This document shows positions 41,072 through 51,160 of a stretch of DNA of 64,000 bases, piece by piece. Position 1 is the first letter of the stretch; each line of letters begins with the position of its first letter. The DNA is from Candidatus Woesearchaeota archaeon (GTDB lineage: Archaea > Nanobdellota > Nanobdellia > Woesearchaeales > UBA119), in assembly GCA_030156615.1 (NCBI GenBank), contig JASGME010000004.1, positions 2,546 to 66,545 on the forward strand. Reading direction: 5' to 3'. A program made the translations under genes and the position numbers. A model generated the notes under the pieces. It did not search any database and had not been told where the DNA came from. It worked only from the letters and a program-made list of their open reading frames with translations.

Positions 41072-42412
41072 TCAAGATTTATCTAGATGATTTATAAGCT
41101 TCACTATCTCATTTTTCTTTTCTTCAAGGATATCTTCGCTATCCACTTCAATATTTATCCTAACATAAGGTTCTGTATTGCTCTTCCTGATGTTGAACCA
41201 AAAACCTTTACAATATACGCTCATTCCATCTATGTATTCAAAATCACATCTCTCAAATTCCTTTTTGATTCCATCAAAGACTTCATCAGGATTCTTAACC
41301 TTGATGTTAATTTCCTCGCTCTTGAAAAAATGATCGAATTCGTCTAAAATCTCTGATAATGGCTTCTTTTCAGATTTTATTATTTGAAGTAAAATAAGCA
41401 TTGAAAAAACAGGATCATCTATACAATAATTTCTTGAGAACATAATATGACCTGATAACTCACCGCCAAGCAATCCACCTTCTTTCATTAATTTTTCCTT
41501 GTAGAAAACATTACCAACCCTCATCTTGACAGGAACTCCTCTATATTTGAGAATAGTCTCTTCTACAACCTTTGAAAATCTAAGATCAAAATATATCTTC
41601 TCCCCAGGATTATTGAGAAGTTCGTGCTTTATGAACAATGAAAACAAAGCATCTAATGGAACAATTCTTCCTTTTTCATCTACTGCTATAATTCTGTCTC
41701 CATCGCCATCGAAAGCAACACCAAAATTTAGCTCATTCTTCTGGACAAATTCAGAAACAATCTTCAATGATGAACTTTCCATTGGATTAGGTCCATGACC
41801 CGGAAAATTTCCATCTATATCGCCGTTTAATATGACTGGTTTTATTCCAAGTTCTCTTGCTAATCTGTAAATCACCTTTGCCTGAGGTCCATTAGAAACA
41901 TCAACTGCAAAAGGCAGCGTTATTGCTTTAAACCCATTCAATATATGTTCACAATAGAACTCTATTCCGTCAGCTTTAACACTCTTCCCTCTTTTGTTTA
42001 ATGATTTGAAACTTTTTTCATTATATATCCTTTCAATCTCATCAATGCCTGTTTCATAACGAACAGGCAAGGCCTTTTTAAAACACATCTTGATTCCGTT
42101 GTATTCTTTAGGATTATGAGATGCAGTTATCATAATTCCAAAATCAGCATTCAATCTTATTGTTGAATAATAAAAAACAGGAGTAGGAATCACATCTAAT
42201 TCATATATATTAAGCCCTTGATTAATCAGAACCTCCTTAACAATTTTATAGATTTTTGGGGATGATAATCTAGCGTCCCGTGCAAGTGCAATAGTTAAAA
42301 AGTTTCTCTGAATGCAGAAGCTAGCTATGGCTTTTGCAAGGTCTTCTGCAATATCTTCATTGATATCTTCCTCCCAAATCCCCCTAATATCGTAAGTCTT
42401 GAAAATCTCCAT
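41072..42412 (-). CDS. Phosphomannomutase/phosphoglucomutase
   Basis: YDIRG, TASHNP, FDGDGDR, GELSGH, RKSNTEP. Confidence 0.95.
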   Translation of the reverse strand: MEIFKTYDIRGIWEEDINEDIAEDLAKAIASFCIQRNFLTIALARDARLSSPKIYKIVKEVLINQGLNIYELDVIPTPVFYYSTIRLNADFGIMITASHNPKEYNGIKMCFKKALPVRYETGIDEIERIYNEKSFKSLNKRGKSVKADGIEFYCEHILNGFKAITLPFAVDVSNGPQAKVIYRLARELGIKPVILNGDIDGNFPGHGPNPMESSSLKIVSEFVQKNELNFGVAFDGDGDRIIAVDEKGRIVPLDALFSLFIKHELLNNPGEKIYFDLRFSKVVEETILKYRGVPVKMRVGNVFYKEKLMKEGGLLGGELSGHIMFSRNYCIDDPVFSMLILLQIIKSEKKPLSEILDEFDHFFKSEEINIKVKNPDEVFDGIKKEFERCDFEYIDGMSVYCKGFWFNIRKSNTEPYVRINIEVDSEDILEEKKNEIVKLINHLDKS

Positions 42413-42579
42413 ATTAATCAACTATTCGAATTAAACACATTTTAAGTATTGGATTTTATATTTTAAAGTTTGCTTTTTGAAGAGAGAATATTCCTAGAAA
42501 ACCGTATCTTATTTTAAAGTATTAATAAATAAAATAAAAATTAAAAAATAATGTAAAATATTAGAGTTAGTTTATAAAT

Positions 42580-44976
42580 TCAATTTTTTTCTCTTTTGAC
42601 TTCCCTTATAGCTTTTCTCATGTAGCTGTTTATTCTCTTGTATTCCCCTTTATTTAACATATCATCTATTTCTGACTCCAGCTTAGTTAGATATTTATCT
42701 GATGGTATATATTCATTTATTTTTTCCAATTTCGTTAAATAACTAAGATAATATTTGGAAGGCATTTTTTCAGCTTTACTCAGCAAAAGTTTTAAATGCA
42801 TCCTCTTACTAGGACCCAAATAAAAAAAAGGGAATTTTTGAGTTTCTTTTAAGTAAGTTCCAATTAGATTTTCAATTCCACCAGCATTCCAAATTTCTTT
42901 TTGATTTCTAAAATACTTCTTAAATGATTCCATTGCAGGAACGATCAAATCGTCTATTCCAATATGGTAAGAAAACTTTCCCCTTTTTATGTTTTTGCTA
43001 TTTTTTTTGTTTACATAGTTTACATATTCTGAGATAATATTATCATAAAAGGTGCGTGCTGCCTCAACTATTTGTTTCTCACTAGCCCCTTCCTTTTTAA
43101 ATGATCTGAAAATGTTATTTAAGTCGGAAATGTGAAAGTCGGAAATGTGAAAATAAAATGGAGGATAAATTTCAGGTTCTTTTGAAAGTAAATCTGAAAT
43201 GAAATTTGCTCTCTTTTCAAAAATACCATCCATCATATCTATATAGGAGTCTCTCATCCTTGGATTCTCAAATTCTTTTGCAAATTCTACAACTTCTTCA
43301 AAATCTAAAGCGATATTTTTTTCTAGACCTTGGAATAATTTTGGAATAGAAGGATATTCAATCTTTTCAAACTCATTCTTTTTTACTTTCTTATAAACTT
43401 CTTTTTCGAACTTTTTTCCTAAATATCCTTTCAGTGGTGCTCTCGCAACTTCTTTAACTATTCCTTGATCCTCTTGTGCTGCTTTCTTTACAGCATTCAA
43501 ATATGTTTTTTTCTCTCGTTTATTTTTAAAACCTCTAAGGATATCATCAATTTCTTTTTCTGATAAAATAGGGTTATCAACTGAACCTTTTAATTGTTCT
43601 AAAACATTGATTACATCATCTAAGTAGACATCAAAATCCTTTCCCTTTTTAGTCATTGCAGTGTTTGAAAAAACTCCAACACCATATCCAAAATCTGAAA
43701 CTTTGTCCATAGTTTTCAAAAACTTTTCTAATTTTTCTCCTCTGTATTTTAAAGCTGATTCTGTTAAGGAATCAACTTCAGAATCAAGATCACTTGGTTT
43801 TGATATAGAGCTCCTGTTAATCAGGATATCTGTTAGATAACTCAAATATAACTTTCTATCAGAATCCTTCTGAATTGCTTCATTGGTTGGCTTTAATCTT
43901 TTTACACTTTCCGTTTCTTTTGATCCTTCCATTTCTTTCAAGACCCCTTTGAAACGGGATATATATCTTTTAAGTATATTAGTTTTTCTATGATCATCAA
44001 ATTTCTGATACTTGTCAATATTGTTAAATAAATTATCTAATGAATGCGCTACATCATAACTAGCCAAATCATTTTTTTCTGCTTCTTCAAATCTTTGTTT
44101 TAATTTATTTCTCCATTCCAAGCCTCCAAAAGAATCCCTTGCTTTTAATACAGATTCCTTATTTAAGGCATTTAACAATACTTCCAATGTTTTTTTGTTT
44201 TCATCTTTGTCCTTTCCTTTTTTCAGTGCTCTTGAAACAGCAGTTGCTATAATAAGTTCATCGTCCCCGGAATATTTCTTTAAAGTTTCAAAAAACTTCT
44301 TTGTGATTTCGTTTGAGTTCTCATATTCTTTTATTTGTGTTATGTCTTCATTGAGTGTTCTTAAAAATGAAGGATAATAATCTTCGAATCCTTTGTATTC
44401 CGGCACAAGATATTCATCAATGCTTTTTAAGAATCCTTTGTCAAGTTCTTTGTAATCCTTTTGTTTGTTCAATTCATCCAAAGTTGAATTTAGAAGTCCA
44501 ATCTCTTTAGCAGCTTTCATTGGTTTTATATTCTCTCTATAATTCCCAGTAGAATACTTTAAAACCTTATTGTAAAGATTAAGCATATCATATAATTCGT
44601 CTTTATACAATTCATTTTTTTTGATCTCTAATGAGTTTTCATCTGTTTCTTCAGTTTCATTTAAAGTATGAAATTCCTTTGAATATATTTCTCTAATTTT
44701 ATGATTCTTTTCAATAATTTCTTTCTTTAATAAATCATATTCGTCAGGGAAAAAAGAAGTATTCTTTAGAATTGAATAAATCATATTCTCATCAGTTATT
44801 GCCAGTATATCCACAAGAGATTTTAAGCTAGAATCTTCATGTGGGAATCTAGGTATTCCTTTGGTTAATATATTATACTCTGGATGTTTTCTTAGAATCT
44901 TGTCTATTCTATGAGCATTTCTTGACATGCTCTCTATAGGCTTTTCCTTTGACTTTTCTTTTTTCTTCGATAACAT
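42580..44976 (-). CDS. Large Lys/Glu-rich, probably all-helical hypothetical protein
   Basis: 798-aa ORF, no motif recognised; 15-bp tandem duplication at 43121-43150 (FHISD x2). Confidence 0.75.
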   Translation of the reverse strand: MLSKKKEKSKEKPIESMSRNAHRIDKILRKHPEYNILTKGIPRFPHEDSSLKSLVDILAITDENMIYSILKNTSFFPDEYDLLKKEIIEKNHKIREIYSKEFHTLNETEETDENSLEIKKNELYKDELYDMLNLYNKVLKYSTGNYRENIKPMKAAKEIGLLNSTLDELNKQKDYKELDKGFLKSIDEYLVPEYKGFEDYYPSFLRTLNEDITQIKEYENSNEITKKFFETLKKYSGDDELIIATAVSRALKKGKDKDENKKTLEVLLNALNKESVLKARDSFGGLEWRNKLKQRFEEAEKNDLASYDVAHSLDNLFNNIDKYQKFDDHRKTNILKRYISRFKGVLKEMEGSKETESVKRLKPTNEAIQKDSDRKLYLSYLTDILINRSSISKPSDLDSEVDSLTESALKYRGEKLEKFLKTMDKVSDFGYGVGVFSNTAMTKKGKDFDVYLDDVINVLEQLKGSVDNPILSEKEIDDILRGFKNKREKKTYLNAVKKAAQEDQGIVKEVARAPLKGYLGKKFEKEVYKKVKKNEFEKIEYPSIPKLFQGLEKNIALDFEEVVEFAKEFENPRMRDSYIDMMDGIFEKRANFISDLLSKEPEIYPPFYFHISDFHISDLNNIFRSFKKEGASEKQIVEAARTFYDNIISEYVNYVNKKNSKNIKRGKFSYHIGIDDLIVPAMESFKKYFRNQKEIWNAGGIENLIGTYLKETQKFPFFYLGPSKRMHLKLLLSKAEKMPSKYYLSYLTKLEKINEYIPSDKYLTKLESEIDDMLNKGEYKRINSYMRKAIREVKREKN

Positions 44977-45101
44977 TCAGGATCCCCCCTATTTGATTTG
45001 TTCCTAAACTATCTACACCCATAATATAAATATAAACTCTTTCCAAAATCTTTCTGTTTTATTTATACTTTCTAGGAGCAACTTTGCAAAATAACAACTA
45101 C

Positions 45102-45686
45102 TTATCCTTTTTTCTCGTAGCTAAATTTTTCTCTCGCAGAAAGAACAGAATCTCTTACAAACAATTTAAGGCAATTGCAAAACCATTCAGCTCCTGAATC
45201 TTTAGCTGTTTTATAAGGATTCTTCATAATCATTCTTTTTGCTGCCGAACTAATTATCTCTAAGTCTTCAATCATGTCTTCTTCTTGTCCATATTTATTT
45301 AACACTTCCATCAATGTTCCTATACTTTTTGTTGTTATCTTTTTAAGATTTTCTTCTGCTCCTTTTTTGGATAAGTTATCAAATTCAGAGAATAAAGAAG
45401 AAATATTACTCAAAAATTCAAAATAACTTTTTTTGCTTCCAGTTCTTTTATTTCTTTGATATTTCTCGTTAATTTCAAGGAAATCTTCTACTAATTTTAA
45501 ATCCTCAACATTATTAACCAAAAAATATACTGAATCGAATAGCTTCTTTTCCATTTCGTAGCTATCTTTATCTTCAATGAAGTAATCCGTTAATTTATCA
45601 TACTTTTCGATAATCTCGTCAATCCTCCCCTGTGAATCAATTTCTTTAATTTTTCTTTCAAGTTCTCCTGATTCTTCATTTCCCAT
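45102..45686 (-). CDS. Hypothetical protein, apparent paralog of part of the downstream 798-aa protein
   Basis: Shared segments, e.g. RDSVLSAREKF vs KESVLKARDSF. Confidence 0.7.
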   Translation of the reverse strand: MGNEESGELERKIKEIDSQGRIDEIIEKYDKLTDYFIEDKDSYEMEKKLFDSVYFLVNNVEDLKLVEDFLEINEKYQRNKRTGSKKSYFEFLSNISSLFSEFDNLSKKGAEENLKKITTKSIGTLMEVLNKYGQEEDMIEDLEIISSAAKRMIMKNPYKTAKDSGAEWFCNCLKLFVRDSVLSAREKFSYEKKG

Positions 45687-45750
45687 TTTAAACCAAGCCT
45701 ATCTTAAGCCTATCTTTTTAAGTAACTTTAATAAAATTTATGTAGTTTAA

Positions 45751-46386
45751 TTAAGTTTTCCTTACAAATTCTCTCTCACTTCCATCTTTAAATTCAAATT
45801 CTTCTGCTTCTGTTTCCCTCTCTCTATTTCTCTCGTCTCTTCTTTTCTCAAGCCATGAATAAACGCTTCCATGCCTGCTCCCGTTAAGCAAGCTTACTAT
45901 GCTTTTCTTTGCATCCATCACATTAAATATTTCACCAATTATTCCAACAGTTTTCCCAAATATGCATATGTTCGTGTCAGTTAATTCTTCTATCGTCTTT
46001 CTGGCCTTCCCTTTTTCGCCAATAACCCTTGCCCTAACCCTAATCATTCCTTTTTTTGTATTGACAAAATCCTTTATGTTGATTATTTCTAACACATAAT
46101 CTTTTTTAAACAAAAGCTTTGCCACCTCTGGATTAAATCCTCTTCCTATAGCGCTAATTACCTCTCTTAACTCAAAAAGCATTATTGGATCCTTTCCAGA
46201 GATTACAATATCCCCCTCCTCAGAATTAATATCGATTTTTGATTTTGAAATCAAGCTTAATTCTTTCTTAGTTTCTCCTTTTGTGCCAATTAAAGGAGCT
46301 ATCCTTGTTTTAGGAACCCTTAATCGATATTCATATATCTTTCCTTCTTTGCTATCTTCTTTTCCGTTTGACCTTTCCAAATCCAT
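45751..46386 (-). CDS. KH-domain rRNA processing protein (Dim2/Pno1-like)
   Basis: LIGTKG, AIGRGF, RVIGEKG, GSRHGSVY. Confidence 0.93.
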   Translation of the reverse strand: MDLERSNGKEDSKEGKIYEYRLRVPKTRIAPLIGTKGETKKELSLISKSKIDINSEEGDIVISGKDPIMLFELREVISAIGRGFNPEVAKLLFKKDYVLEIINIKDFVNTKKGMIRVRARVIGEKGKARKTIEELTDTNICIFGKTVGIIGEIFNVMDAKKSIVSLLNGSRHGSVYSWLEKRRDERNRERETEAEEFEFKDGSEREFVRKT

Positions 46387-46554
46387 AAATTTTAGACTGC
46401 CAAGCTTCTTTTTAAATCTTTTTCTTATGCTTTTTTATTCAAGATATTTTATTAAGTAAAAACAATCGCAAAAAATTTCATCGCTTTGATAAATATATAA
46501 ACCAAAATAAAAAAGATTATAAACTAAAGCTAACTTTTCTTGCTAGACACAAAG

Positions 46555-47112
46555 ATGGTTTTCATAGATGCTCTAAAATTTAAAAGAATGCAAAAACAAT
46601 TGGAAGCATCTTTCTCAAAGATTAAGAGCGAATTTGATGAGCAAAGGGAAGCCATCAATGAGAACACCAATGAAATCCAGTCAAATTTTGAGTATCTTGA
46701 TGAATTATCTAAAAAGGTAGATAAACTTTCAGAGAGGATAGATGAATTGAGTCTTTATATAAGCAAGATTACAAATACACTTGATTTAGATACAACAGAG
46801 ATTAAAGAACAGCGTTACGAACAACAAAGCTTCTCACTTACTAGACGTGAAAAAGAGGTCTTTTCTGCCCTCTATATAATGTGTGAACAGAATATAAATC
46901 CTAGTTTAAAAAGACTCTCAACGAGGCTTGGCTATACAACAGAGATGACAAAAAATTATCTTCTTCAGCTAATGGATAAAGGAATTCCTATTTCTATGAG
47001 CCAAGAAGACGATGAAATCATTATAGACTTAGACCCCTCTTTCAGAAGAGTTCAAACTAAAAAGAATATACTAGGCTTAGATAGCTCTATTATGAGCCAG
47101 TTCATTGATTAA
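46555..47112 (+). CDS. Coiled-coil plus winged-helix protein
   Basis: INENTNEIQSN coiled coil, LTRREKEVF...LMDKGIPI wHTH; start uncertain (46540/46555/46588). Confidence 0.75.
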   Translation: MVFIDALKFKRMQKQLEASFSKIKSEFDEQREAINENTNEIQSNFEYLDELSKKVDKLSERIDELSLYISKITNTLDLDTTEIKEQRYEQQSFSLTRREKEVFSALYIMCEQNINPSLKRLSTRLGYTTEMTKNYLLQLMDKGIPISMSQEDDEIIIDLDPSFRRVQTKKNILGLDSSIMSQFID

Positions 47113-47187
47113 AAGAGTTTTTCTTTCTGATTTTTTTTCAGAAGAATTTTAGAAAATTATAAAAAGAAATATTAAATATTTATTCAA

Positions 47188-48378
47188 ATGCCTCTTTATT
47201 CACATTCACGCATATTAACATTTGAAACCTGTCCACTTAAGTATAAATTCTCATATATTGATAAGCTTGAAGCGATGCTTGGCAACACTATTGAAGCATT
47301 CCTTGGCTCAATAGTTCATATAATTCTTGAAAAGCTCTATACTGATTTGAGTTTTCAGAAACTTCCTACAAAAAACGAACTTATAGATGCATACAACAAA
47401 GAATGGGAAAAAAGATACGATGATTCTATTGTAATCGTAAGGAAAGAGTATGACCCTGAGAATTATAAAAAGATGGGAAAAGAATTTCTTGCAAATTATT
47501 ATGAACATTATTTTCCATTTAACGAATCAAAGACAATCGGTTGTGAGATGAAAGTAAAAATTGAGCTAAACTCAAAATATATCCTTCGGGGTTACATAGA
47601 TAGATTAGCATATAAAGGAGATGGCGTATATGAAATACACGATTACAAGACATCAGGTCATCTGCCTTCCCAAGAAGAGATAGATAATGACAGACAATTA
47701 GCTCTTTATTCAATTGCTGTCAAAAAAATGTTTCCAGATGCAAAGAAAATCCCTCTTGTTTGGCATTATCTTGCTTTTGATAAGGAATTAAGAACTGAGA
47801 AAAGTGATCAAGATTTGGAAGATTTGAAGAGAAATGTAATTGAGAAGATAAAAGAAATAGAAGCATGTCAGAATTTTGAACCAAAAGAGTCTGCATTGTG
47901 CAATTGGTGCGAATTTCAGCCAATCTGCCCAAGAAGAAAGCATCTCTTCCAAAATGAAAAAGTTTCTCCTGAAGAATTCTTAGAAGAAGACGGCGTTCAT
48001 TTGGCCAATCATTATCAAAGATTATCTGAAAAGAAAAAAGAATTAGATATAGAATTGGATGAATTAAGGACGAAGATATATGAATATTGCAAACGCAATA
48101 ATATAGATACAATCTATGGGTCATCAATAAAGATAAAGATATGGGAAGGAGAATCTATTAAAATAACTAATGATGAAGAAAAAAAGCGTCAATTAGTTGA
48201 AATTTTAAAGGATATAAATCTCTACGATGAATTAGTTTCAATTGATTCATATAAATTATCAAAAATGATTAAGTCTGGTAAAATAAACCAGATTAACGAA
48301 TCATTGTTAATGCCATTCATAGAAAAGAAACAAATCTTTAGATTATACCATAGTTTATTTGAATGGCCTAAAGATTAA
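47188..48378 (+). CDS. PD-(D/E)XK RecB/Cas4-like nuclease with probable Fe-S cluster
   Basis: CPLKY, GSIVH, GYIDRL, DYKT, QLALY, CNWCEFQPICP. Confidence 0.9.
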   Translation: MPLYSHSRILTFETCPLKYKFSYIDKLEAMLGNTIEAFLGSIVHIILEKLYTDLSFQKLPTKNELIDAYNKEWEKRYDDSIVIVRKEYDPENYKKMGKEFLANYYEHYFPFNESKTIGCEMKVKIELNSKYILRGYIDRLAYKGDGVYEIHDYKTSGHLPSQEEIDNDRQLALYSIAVKKMFPDAKKIPLVWHYLAFDKELRTEKSDQDLEDLKRNVIEKIKEIEACQNFEPKESALCNWCEFQPICPRRKHLFQNEKVSPEEFLEEDGVHLANHYQRLSEKKKELDIELDELRTKIYEYCKRNNIDTIYGSSIKIKIWEGESIKITNDEEKKRQLVEILKDINLYDELVSIDSYKLSKMIKSGKINQINESLLMPFIEKKQIFRLYHSLFEWPKD

Positions 48379-48383
48379 ATAAA

Positions 48384-49589
48384 TCATCTAACTATATATT
48401 TTATCTCGGAATACTTATTATGTTCTTCCTTTCCTCTGACAATATGATGTTCAGAACATCTCGTAGTATAAGCCTCTTGAGCTCCTTGTTGTATCTGAGG
48501 TTCATCGTACGATGAGGCTAACCTTTCCCCATCAATGTTAATGAACCTCTGCGTCTCTGTAGCAATATTACTACATCCCGGATATGAGCAGAATCCTGTT
48601 CTGTTTATAATATCATCAGCAAGGCATAAAATTCTCCCTATGTCTTTATTGAAAGGCTCTCCCTTATAATCCCTTTTTAAAGCACTTATTATAAAACTGT
48701 ACCCTTTTGAATAGTATTTCTTTATGACATCGCTTATTCCGGGAATGAATTGGGCTTCATCTATAACAATGTTCTTTTTAAATGGTTCATCCTTAAGGAT
48801 ATCTTCAAGTTCCTCTCCGTTTCTTATTACTCTGCAAGGCTCACTTCTCTGATTATGTGATGTTATCTCATCCTTTTTGTATCGTGTGTCAATATGTGAT
48901 TTAAAAATATCAAAATCATAAGAATCATCTTTTGGATGCTTGAATTTTAGCCATTTCAATTTATCAATTTCCTCAAGCAAACTCTCTGTTTTAGACGAAT
49001 ACATTGGCCCTACAATTGCTTTAACCCTCGGCCTTTTCCCATCTTTAAATCCAAAATATTCCTGCCTTGATACTGGCATGTATTCTCCATTCTTATTTAA
49101 ACTAAGGTCTGCCTCTTCACCAGACAATTGGCTACTCGCACTTTTCTTCACATAATTTTGAGCCAAAGTCATCAACTGATCCATAGGTCCAAATGGTTCA
49201 GCATCCGAATCTAAATTAAGTCCTCCTAAAGTAACAAAGCGCTTAGAATCCCTCAAAGCTTCAACCAGTTTAACAATATTATTATCATAAAAATTAGCTC
49301 CGTCAATGAAAATATACTTTGCTTCAGGATTTTTCTTTAATTCATCAAATATTTCATCTGCAGTTGTTGCTTCCTTCGCTGGGAAACTGTTGCCGCCAGC
49401 TGCATGAATCTCATTTTTATACATTTTGTCAGAAAGAGGGTGTTTAAAAACCTCAATCATATTATCATCAATATGACCTCCCCTGATTAAACTAAGAATT
49501 ATATTGACCAGTTCTGAGCTTTTTCCAGCCTTAACTGGTCCATAAACAAGATTAACATACAGGGGCCTTTGAAGAATTGCACTATTCAT
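48384..49589 (-). CDS. tdk: Thymidine kinase (TK1-like) with two tandem domains
   Basis: Domain 1 GPVKAGKS/DGANF; domain 2 GPMYSSKT/DEAQF/CSYPGC..RCSEH. Confidence 0.88.
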   Translation of the reverse strand: MNSAILQRPLYVNLVYGPVKAGKSSELVNIILSLIRGGHIDDNMIEVFKHPLSDKMYKNEIHAAGGNSFPAKEATTADEIFDELKKNPEAKYIFIDGANFYDNNIVKLVEALRDSKRFVTLGGLNLDSDAEPFGPMDQLMTLAQNYVKKSASSQLSGEEADLSLNKNGEYMPVSRQEYFGFKDGKRPRVKAIVGPMYSSKTESLLEEIDKLKWLKFKHPKDDSYDFDIFKSHIDTRYKKDEITSHNQRSEPCRVIRNGEELEDILKDEPFKKNIVIDEAQFIPGISDVIKKYYSKGYSFIISALKRDYKGEPFNKDIGRILCLADDIINRTGFCSYPGCSNIATETQRFINIDGERLASSYDEPQIQQGAQEAYTTRCSEHHIVRGKEEHNKYSEIKYIVR

Positions 49590-49640
49590 TTAAACCATTT
49601 ACTTTTTCTATTTTTTAAATTTAATCAAACTCAAATATAT

Positions 49641-50735
49641 TTAATCCTTAGGTAGTTTTTTAATCTCTAAATAACCTTTATCAGTGAATATCTCAAATTC
49701 ATCATCTGAATTAAAGTTACATTCTTTAAAAATCTCTTTAGGAATCAAGAGATTATTACCTTTAAAATTTAAAGATGAGACAAAACTAGTTTTCTGATTG
49801 GCTTTAACAGGAGTTATCCCCAATTCTTTAAATAACTTCGATGTTGCAGTTCCATTTTTATTTTCCATAAAATTCTTACTTTCCTCAAACAAGAATCGAG
49901 CAATCTCATCAGCAACATCAATCTTTGTTGCCCTAGTTATTCCTTGAAGGCCTGGGCTAAGATTACCTTCAATAGCAACAGGTCCCTTTGCTCCATAAAG
50001 AATATCTATGGCGCATATCGAGGCACCCATAGATTTTGCAGCCTTTACTGCTACTTCCTTGGTCTTATCATCAATCAAGACAGGCTCACCTTCTCCTCCA
50101 GCATGAATATTTGCCCTTTTTTCTCCTATCTTCGCTCTTCTCATCATTGCTGCGACCACCTTCTTGCCTGCAACAATTACCCTCAAATCAGAATTTCCAC
50201 TCTCAACATATTCTTGGACTAAAAAAGGTTGTCTCAAAGCAGACAGGGTATCAAGAACAGAAGATGCAGATGCATAAGAATCAGCATAAAGCACTCCTTT
50301 CCCCTGCGTCCCATTAGGGATTTTAATTATTATAGGATAATTAGCATTTTTCTCTAAAAATTCTTTTGCCTTTTTTACATTTGAAAACAAATAACTTCTA
50401 GGTATGGGAACTTTTCCCAAAGCAAAAGCAATCATGTTCAGTATTTTATCATGACCAATCGTGAATCCTCTGCTTGTTATAGGTGTATAACATTCATCTT
50501 CAATTGCAGCAGCAATAGATTCTAATAGATTTGCATACCTAAAAGAACCTCTGATATAAACACAATCGTACCTCTCTAAAGCTTTTCCCTTATGCATAAT
50601 CGTCATCTTTCCCTGTTCAAGGCATTCCTCTATGTCTTTAAGATTAAAACTATCTACAGAATCAAAATAGTTTTTCATTGCAGCTTCAATCCATCTTGAG
50701 CTCAAACTCTGTTGACTTATTATACATCCTTTCAT
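49641..50735 (-). CDS. RimK/LysX-family ATP-grasp ligase with C-terminal AbrB-like extension
   Basis: GTQGKGV, VQEYV, DLRVIV, RANIHAGG, IEGNLSPG. Confidence 0.9.
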   Translation of the reverse strand: MKGCIISQQSLSSRWIEAAMKNYFDSVDSFNLKDIEECLEQGKMTIMHKGKALERYDCVYIRGSFRYANLLESIAAAIEDECYTPITSRGFTIGHDKILNMIAFALGKVPIPRSYLFSNVKKAKEFLEKNANYPIIIKIPNGTQGKGVLYADSYASASSVLDTLSALRQPFLVQEYVESGNSDLRVIVAGKKVVAAMMRRAKIGEKRANIHAGGEGEPVLIDDKTKEVAVKAAKSMGASICAIDILYGAKGPVAIEGNLSPGLQGITRATKIDVADEIARFLFEESKNFMENKNGTATSKLFKELGITPVKANQKTSFVSSLNFKGNNLLIPKEIFKECNFNSDDEFEIFTDKGYLEIKKLPKD

Positions 50736-50812
50736 TTAAAAACCCCCTTATTTACTAATTAGTTTTTTAATTATTATTTTCAATTTATTTTATCTTTTAA
50801 TCTTCATTTATT

Positions 50813-51160
50813 TTACTTCTTATTCGGATTTATTAAGAATCCTAGCTTTTTAAGAGCATTTCTTCCTAAGAGTACAGGATAACTTAATTCAGACCTGTCT
50901 GCAAGGGAAGCGTTAACCAAAATCGTCTTATCTTTTACAGTTAATTTAACCTTTACATAAGGCCTTCTTTGCTTTCCATTTGCAGACTTAATAAGCTTAA
51001 CCTTATGGATTGGCCCCAATTCAAGCTCTCTAGCCAATTCATACGATACTGAACAGCTGGAAGCACCTGTATCAACCCTTGCTTTAACCTTCTTTGATTT
51101 ATTCTTGCCAGCTATCTTAGCAATACAAACAAATCCTATTTCGTTATCCTCTGTCATCAT
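50813..51160 (-). CDS. RimK-associated retropepsin-like protease (RimB-like)
   Basis: ARVDTGA..S, SANG..RRP, LADRS, LLGRN. Confidence 0.9.
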   Translation of the reverse strand: MMTEDNEIGFVCIAKIAGKNKSKKVKARVDTGASSCSVSYELARELELGPIHKVKLIKSANGKQRRPYVKVKLTVKDKTILVNASLADRSELSYPVLLGRNALKKLGFLINPNKK

